Assembly (NCBI GenBank): GCA_013265495.1
Contig: MU058769.1
Location: 706,477-770,476 of the forward strand
DNA from: Vicugna vicugna
Taxonomy: Eukaryota
Reading direction: 5' to 3'
DNA: 64,000 nt
A program made the translations under genes and the position numbers. Positions 56,800 through 64,000 of the stretch are shown in pieces (the first letter of the stretch is position 1; each line of letters opens with the position of its first letter). The notes under the pieces were generated by a model. That model did no database searches and was not told where the DNA came from. It saw only the letters and a list, made by a program, of their open reading frames with translations.

Positions 56800-57020
56800 A
56801 GTTGGGTGCTGGTAAATGTGAAACAGCCAGATTGCCAGGCTCGGATGGGGTGGTGGAGAGAGGAGCCCAGATGTAATGTTTGCCCATATCCGTGGTGTAA
56901 ATACCCCCACCGTGGCCAAATGCATGCTATCACCGTGATGGCAATCACCTTGCAACATTCTTGAAAATTTACCACTTGGCTCTTGTGAACTGGCCTCAGC
57001 CGGCTCCAACACAGCACTTT
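56800..57020. mobile_element. MER63-like (hAT-Blackjack) relic
   Basis: gtgctggtaaatgt...ttgaaaatttaccacttggctcttgtgaactggcctcagccggctccaacacagcact. Confidence 0.55.
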
Positions 57021-57934
57021 GAGCACATGCCAATTCTCTATCGGGTTCTAGAAAACCTTCAATATTGTGCTTTGCACAAAGGATAAGATCCAAATACTTC
57101 AGCACAAACCGAGGTGGCAGCAGTGAGGCGGGGGAAGTTGTTGGGTTCAGGATGTGTTTGAAGGGACAGCCGGTGAGATTTGTTGATGGATTGCTTGTGA
57201 AGTGGAGTTGGGTGTGACTCCAGGGTTTTTAGTTTGAGCAAGTGGAGGAGTGGAATTGTCATTTACAAAAGTGGGAAGGAATGGGTTTGGAGGAGGAAAC
57301 TAGGCTGGTGTTGGACAGCTGAAGGCCAGGATACCTGTTCGACATCCCAGTGGTGATGTCCAGTTGGTAGCTGGCTCTGTAATTCTGGAGTTCCAGTACA
57401 AGGTCTGGGTTAGAGATATGAATCCTTACTGTGTTTCTGTCCCACTACCCTTCTTTCTGTTCTTTGAACCAGTGAGTCTCATTGTTCCTTCTGCCTAAAG
57501 CCAGAGGTCTTTGAATGAAAGTGTCTTTTTTTTTTTGATGGGGTGGTGGTAATTAGGTTTATTGGTTTGTTTATTTATTTGTTTGTTTATTTTAATGGAG
57601 GTACTGGGGATTGAACCACTGAACTATACCTTTACCGCCCCCCCACCCCCAAAATTTATTTTATTTTTCGAGTTTAGTCTCTCTCTCTCCCCACTAGAAT
57701 AAGCACAAGGACATCAGGGACAATGTCTGTCTTATTTTCTGCTGTATACTCAGTGCCTCGGACAGTGCCTGGCACCAAGTAGGTGCCCAGAAATTATGCA
57801 CTGAATGAATGGAATGAACAATAAGCCAGTTTAGATGTCACTTATTTTGTATGACCTTCCTTGGCTAGCCCAGAAAGGTTGTTGGGTTCCTTCGGCACTT
57901 CGTATACATACGTCCTCATCCACATATATCCATC

Positions 57935-58269
57935 TTTTAGTCTGTTTGGGGCCCTATAACACAATACCCCAGGCTGGACAGCTTATTAAAAACACAAATT
58001 GGTCTCTGAGTTCTGGAAGCTAGGAGTAGGCGATCAGGGCACCAGTGTGGCTGGGTGAGGGCCCTCTTCCAGGTCGCAGACTTCTTGTATCCTCACAAAG
58101 GAGCTCGTGGGGTCTCTTTATAAGAGCATTAAGCTCCTGCATGAGGGTTCGATTCTCCTGACCCAAGCATCTCCCAGTGGCTCCACCTCCTAACACCATC
58201 ACCATCAGAGAGGGCATTAGGATTTCAACATACAAATTTTAGGGAGACACAGACATGCAGACCATGGCA
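57935..58269 (-). mobile_element. MaLR (MLT1A/MST-like) solo LTR
   Basis: ttttagtctgtttggggccctataacacaataccccaggctgg...ggcattaggatttcaacatacaaattttagggagacacagacatgcagaccatggca. Confidence 0.75.
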
Positions 58270-58339
58270 CCCCACAAGCATCCACACACGTCTATAATCT
58301 ATTATAGCCCTTCCTTCGTTGTGTTTATTCCTTTACTTG

Positions 58340-59800
58340 TTTGTACCTTCAGTAGGCCAGGAACTGGAGGCCAGGACAGTGTTTTCCTCATGTCTGTTGA
58401 GCCTATGCCCTGTGCCAAGCAGTGTAATAAAAACTGGAGATGAAATGGTGGCTGAGAGACCTAGTCCTGCTCTCAGGAGACAGACGTTACATAAACAGCC
58501 ACAGCAAGCAGGACAGATGCTCTGACGGGTGAGGCACATGTCACAGAGGAGCACACAAGAAAGGAACTAACCGAGTCCAGGCCAAGGGGAGGCCTAGGGA
58601 GAAAGGGGACCTTTGAGCTGACAGTTGGAGGATGAGGCATTAGTCTGGCCGCTGTGGAGACGTGGGGAGGAGGCATTCCAGGCGGAAGGTCCAGGGAGTG
58701 CAAGAGGCCTGGAGGCAAGAGGGGTGGATAGCTGTTCCCAGTGACTGGGGAGAACTGTGGGAGGTGAGGCTGGGTGGCTGTGAGGGGGCAGGTCATGGGC
58801 CACAGAGCTCTGCAGCTGTGTTGGGGAGTTTGGACTATCTGAGGAACAAGTTGGGGGGCAATGAAGTATTTAAGCAGGATGATGACATATTCAGTGTCGG
58901 TTTTGAAGGCTCCCTTTGGCTGGAGCATAGCAAGTGATGGGAGACCAGTTAGGAGGTAGTTGCAGTAATCCAGGAGAGAAAACAAGGTGACTCCAGGACG
59001 AAGACGTGAATTATTGGAGAAATTTAAGGGGCAAAGTCAATAGAGTAAGATTCCTGGGTTTCTGGCTTGAGCCACTGGATACATAGTGGTTTCTGTTACT
59101 GAGATGTGTACAGTGGGAAGAGGAGTAAGTTTGGGTAAGGCAGATGGTGATTTTGGTTTTGAATGTGATGGTTTTAGTGGCTGTAGGCATCCAAGTCGAG
59201 CTATCTGAGGAGGCTGTGGGATCGCTGGGTCTGGAGCTCAGGAGAGACACCTAAATGGAAGCCAGAGTGCTGGAGCCATCCACATATTGGTTATAATCGA
59301 AGCCATGGTGCGGATGAACTCCCCCCAAAGAAACAGTATATAGTGACAACTGTGGGACAGAACTTTGAGGAAGCCATCATATAAAGCCTGAGCGGAAGGG
59401 GACTCTGCCAAGAAGAAGGGGCCAGGAAGGAGACTCTGGTGAGCTGGAACCCAGGAAGGACATGTCTCAGGGAGGGACTGGTCCACGGTGCTGGCTGCCT
59501 CTCAGCCTTCAAAGGAGAGAGTTAATAACTGCTTGTTAGTGATCACAGGAGTTATTTTAAGAAAAGCAAAACATGCACATGGAAACAAATATTCAGGTGG
59601 TAGGGATGGGAATCAGATGAAAATGGTCAGTGCTCTGCTCTCAGTCTCCCCTGACCAGCCATTGGACTCAGCGCCAGAGGTCATTGGCAGTTTTCTCAAG
59701 AGCAGTTTCAGTGGGGTGGTGACGGCGAGGTGTTGAGGAACGAGGTGAAGAAGTAGAAATGTTTGAGGAAGTCTGGATATGAAGGGGGAGAGAAAAGACA
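58340..59800 (+). mobile_element. L2 (LINE-2) fragments (also ~57100-57420 and ~57680-57815)
   Basis: Purine-rich L2 motifs (gggagaccagttaggaggtagttgcagtaatccagg, tttctggcttgagccactggatacatagtgg, gagcagtttcagtggggtggtg). Confidence 0.7.
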
Positions 59801-60949
59801 AACACTAGCTAGGTGGGCTCTCGGGTTGGGAATGTGGGCCTTTGTGGTGGTCCTTTCATGTTTGAAAATGGGAGCGTCCTGAAATGCTTGGTAGAACTCT
59901 TAGGAAGAAGGCGACACTGAGGTACAGGAGAAGGAATGGGGAGAGAACGTGGGCGGGGCTGGGATGCAGAACCTGGGAGAGCGGTGATCCTGAGGAGGGG
60001 GCTGTGGGTTGTAACTAGAACAAAAAGGTGGCCTGTTTACTAGGGGGTCTGGAGGTTTTAGTGGCAGAAGGTTGAAGGGATTCCTGTTTGGCTGCTTCTC
60101 ATTTTTAGTTTTTATATTCTGATGAGGCACCCAAGTTTGTAGCCTGCGTGGCTGAGTGAGCCCTCCGCTCCAGGGCAGGCCTGCTGAAGGTCCATGTTCC
60201 CGACGCCTCGGTGGTGGGAAGACGTAAAAGTGCAGTGTCTGTGGGGTTTGGAGCAACTGGTTAGCCATCTGAAGTTAATAAATTTGGATCTCTATCTTGA
60301 TTCTTACGTAAGATTTCAGAGAGCTCTAAGATTTTTTTCCTTTTAAAATGTTTAAGTATGAAACTTTTCAAACATACAGAAAATGTCATAGAGACCCATA
60401 AATTCACTCCAAGTTAAACAGATGTTAACATTTTGCCATATTTGCTTCAGATCTGTTCTTTTTAATAAAAGGACTAAAATGCTAATGATACAGTTGAAGC
60501 CCACCCTCTCATTTCTCCCCTCCCCCTCCTCTCCAGAAGCCACCACATCTCTGTGCTTGCTTTGTACTTTTATTAGTGATACATATATCATAGGCAATAA
60601 GTGTATTTTGTGTTTTAAAATTATACATCAGTATACTTCTGCTTTTTCACTAATCGATGTTTTTACCATTCTGTGGCATGACACAGAGATCTAGTTCAAT
60701 GATTTCAGTAGCTACATGGGTTTCATTGTTTGCTTACCCACTCCTCTACTGAGAAACAGTTGGATTTCAACTCTAACGCCCTTACACACGGTGCTGCAAT
60801 GTAGGTCTCGTTGCGAATGGGCCCGGGCTTCTCCAGAGAAATACCGAGAAGGAGAATCACTGGGTTACGGGGAATGCATATTCTGTTGGGGAATTTGATG
60901 TGTTGCCAGTTTTTTCAGTTTCTTCTATTTAACATAAAGGCGTTCTTCA

Positions 60950-63510
60950 TTTATTTTTTAAAGTACTTTTTAAGTTATAGTAAAATAGATGTAACATAAA
61001 ATTTACCATTTTAATAATTTTTAAGTGTACAATTCAGTGACAGTAAGTACATTAACAAAGTTGTATAATCATTACCCCTGTCTATTTCCAGAACTTTTTC
61101 ATTATCACAAACAGAAGCTCTGTACCCATTAAGGAGTAAGTCCCATTTCCCTGCCCCCCGCCTCTGTTCTGCTTTCTGTCTCTATAACTGCCTGTTCTAG
61201 GTACCTCATATAAGTGGAATCATATAACACCTGTCCTTTTGTGTCTGGCATAATGTTTTCAAGGTTAATCCATGTTGAAGCATATATCAGAATTTTATTC
61301 CTTTTTATGGCAAATTTTATAGCTTATTCATGTTATGGAATATTTAATACTATTCCATTACATGTACATACCATATTTTGTTAATCTATTCATCTCTTGA
61401 TGGATGGACACTCTGGCGTCCCCACCTTTTTGGCTGTTGTGAATAATGCTGCAGTGAACATTGGTGAACAAGTGTCACTTTGAATCCCTGTTTTCAATTC
61501 TTTGGTGTATACTTAGAAGCAGAATATATCTTATGGTAATTTCTATGTTTAGCCTTTTTAGGAATTCCCAAACTGTTTCCCATAGCAACTACACTATACA
61601 TTCCCACTAGCAATGCTCAAGGATTCTGAATTCTCCACACCCTCTCCAACATTTGTTACTTTCCCTTTTTCTTTTTTTTTTCCAAATAATAACCGTCCTA
61701 ATGGATATGAAGTGGTATCCCATTGGGGCTTTGATTTGCATTTTCCTGATGACTAATGATGATGAGCATCTTTTCATGTGTTTATTGGCCATTTGTTTAT
61801 CTTTGGAGAAATGTCTATTCAAACCTTTGCCCATTTTTGAATTGGGTTATTTGTTGTTGTTGTTGTTGAGTTGTAGGAATTCTTTACATATTCTGGATGT
61901 TAATCACTTATCAGATACAGGATTTGCAAATATTTTCTCCCATTCTGTGGGTTGCTTTTTCTCTTAATAGTGTTCTTTGATGCACAAAAAGTTTTTAATT
62001 CTGATGAAGTCCAATTTTTTGTTTTATTGTCTGTGCTCTGGGTATCACATTTAAGAACTCATTGCCTATTCCACGGTCATGAAGATTTTCACCTATGTTT
62101 TCTTCTCAAGAAACATATATGTATATTATAGTTTCAGCTTAGATTTAGGTCTTTGATCCATTTTGAGTTAATTTTTGTGTATGGTGTAAAATAAAGATCC
62201 AGTTTCATCCTTTTGCATATAAAATATCTAGTTTTTCTTGCACCATTTGTTGAAAATAGTGTCTTTTCCCCTTTGAATGGTGTTGGTGCCCCTTGAAAAT
62301 CAAACGAACAAATCAACTGAGCTCTCTAGTGTGTTGGCCTGTTTGTCTATCCTTGTGCCAGTACCACTGTTTTGATCACTTTAGCTTTAGTAAGTTTTGA
62401 AGATTTGAAATTAGGAAGCATGGGTCCTTTAACTTTGTTGTTTTTTAAAGATTGTTCTGACTATTTGAGGGCCCTTGAGATTCCACATGAATTTTAAGAT
62501 GGGTTTTTCTGTATCTGTAAAATATTCCGTTGAGATTTTAATAGGGACTACATTGAAAATGTATGCCACTTTATGTAGTATGGCCGTCTTAACAATGTTG
62601 CATTTTCCAGTCCATGAACATGGGATGTCTTTCCATTTATTTGTGTCTTCTATAATTTCTTTTAGTGATGTTTTGTAGTTTTCAGTGTACACGTTTTTCA
62701 CCTCCTTGGATAAATATATCCTAAGTGTTTTATTTTTGATGCTATTGTAAATGAAATTTTTAAAAAATTTCCTTTTTGGATTGTTCATTGCAAGTGTGTA
62801 GAAATACAACTAATATTTGCAGGTTGATTTTATATCCTGCACCTTTGCTGAATTCATTTATTAGCTCTAACAGTTCTTTTATGTGGGTTCCTTTTTCTAT
62901 GTGTAATCATGTCAGCTCTGAAACAGGTAATTTTACTTCTTCCTTTCCAATTTGGATGCCCTTTATTTCTTTTTCTTGCCTACTCTGGTTAGAACTTCAG
63001 TACTATGTTAAATAAAAGTAACATAAAGCAGGCATCCTTATTCTGTTCCTCATATTAGGAGAAAAGGCTTCATTCTTTCACCATTGAGTATGACATTAGC
63101 AGTGGGATTTTCACTAATGGCCTTTATCATGTTGAGACAGTCTCTTCTATTCCTAGTTTATCAAGTAATTTTATCATGAAAGGATGTTGAATTTTGTAAA
63201 ATGCTTTTTTGCATGAATTGAGATGATCATGTGGCTTTTTTTTGCATTCTATTAATGTGATGTATTATATTATACAGATTGATTTTTTTAATATGTTGAA
63301 CCATCTTTGCATTCCTGGAATAAATCCCACATAAATCATGATGTATAATGCTTTCATTATGCTGCTGAATTTGTTTTGCAAGTATTTTGTTGAGAAATTT
63401 TGCATCTTGTATTCACAAGAGATTTTGGTCTATAATTTTCTTTTCTCATTAATATCTTTGTCTAGCTTTGGTATCAGTGTAATTCTGACCTCATAGAATG
63501 AGTTAGGAAG
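60950..63510 (-). mobile_element. Older LINE-1 (L1MA/MB-like) ORF2 3' half plus 3' UTR, antisense
   Basis: Peptides KGLNRHFSKDKQMANKHMKRCS and [26 protein letters not shown]; 3' UTR aacataaaatttaccattttaa. Confidence 0.85.
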
Positions 63511-64000
63511 ACATTCTTTATATATTCCAGATTTAATTCTTTAGTTACCTACATTTTCTCTATCTCTAGTTGTCTTTTCCTTTTGTGTTTGGTGTCTTAG
63601 ATGTACTTTTAATTAAAAAATTTTTTTAAATTCCAGTATGATTAAAATTTTCCATCTTTTTCTTTATAGTTTGTACTTCTTGTATCTGTCTCATTAAATA
63701 CTTTCCTATTCACCTGTATTTTTTAAAGTTTTAGATTTCTTATCATATTTTAGACTTTAATTCAATAAAAATTTTAATTTAATGTATTGTGTAAGCTTGG
63801 GACCTATTTTTCATCTGGATAACCAGTTGTCCCAGCATCATTTATTGAGTAGTCTATACTTTTCTCTCTGATTTGTAGCACCACCACAGTCATTTATCAA
63901 GTTCCCATATATGTGTGCATTTTATTCTTGACCTCTCTTTTGTTTCAATAGTCTGTCAATTACTAAGTCTTGGTATCTGATAATATGCATTTTCCTTTGT

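Noticed and set aside
56284..57105. 273-aa ORF that looks like a novel N-terminus fused to a reverse transcriptase fragment
   Set aside because: Chance read-through from flanking intron and MER63-like DNA into the 5' truncation point of the L1; the RT motif is degenerate (YANDM).

Overview
Mammalian genomic DNA, most likely from a camelid, inferred from several tRNA-derived Vic-1-like SINEs and cetartiodactyl-type L1s. It covers the conserved SLC26A10-B4GALNT1-OS9 block. (1) SLC26A10 (+, 67-6624) has 18 coding exons with GT-AG introns and consistent phases, giving an uninterrupted ~686-aa ORF, although the human orthologue is annotated as a pseudogene. (2) B4GALNT1/GM2-GD2 synthase (-, CDS 12635-7313) has 10 coding exons and 533 aa, and lies tail-to-tail with SLC26A10. 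(3) About 37 kb of almost entirely repeat-derived intergenic DNA follows (L1s of several ages, ERV1/ERVL/MaLR LTRs, DNA transposon relics, SINEs). (4) OS9 exons 1-5 (+, 51722-53898) are followed by the start of a long, repeat-filled intron 5 with a 139-N gap. The most unusual items are a twin-primed L1 whose 3' end is a ~265-nt non-L1 tail resembling NPM1-derived sequence, a spliced 5' ZNF771-like fragment without poly(A) inside an old L1, the intact SLC26A10 with a non-canonical TM10 anion-binding motif, back-to-back poly(A) signals of the convergent genes, and a uORF plus a stop-free in-frame intron in B4GALNT1. All homology assignments are from recognition, not database searches. No prokaryotic-type system (CRISPR etc.) is present.
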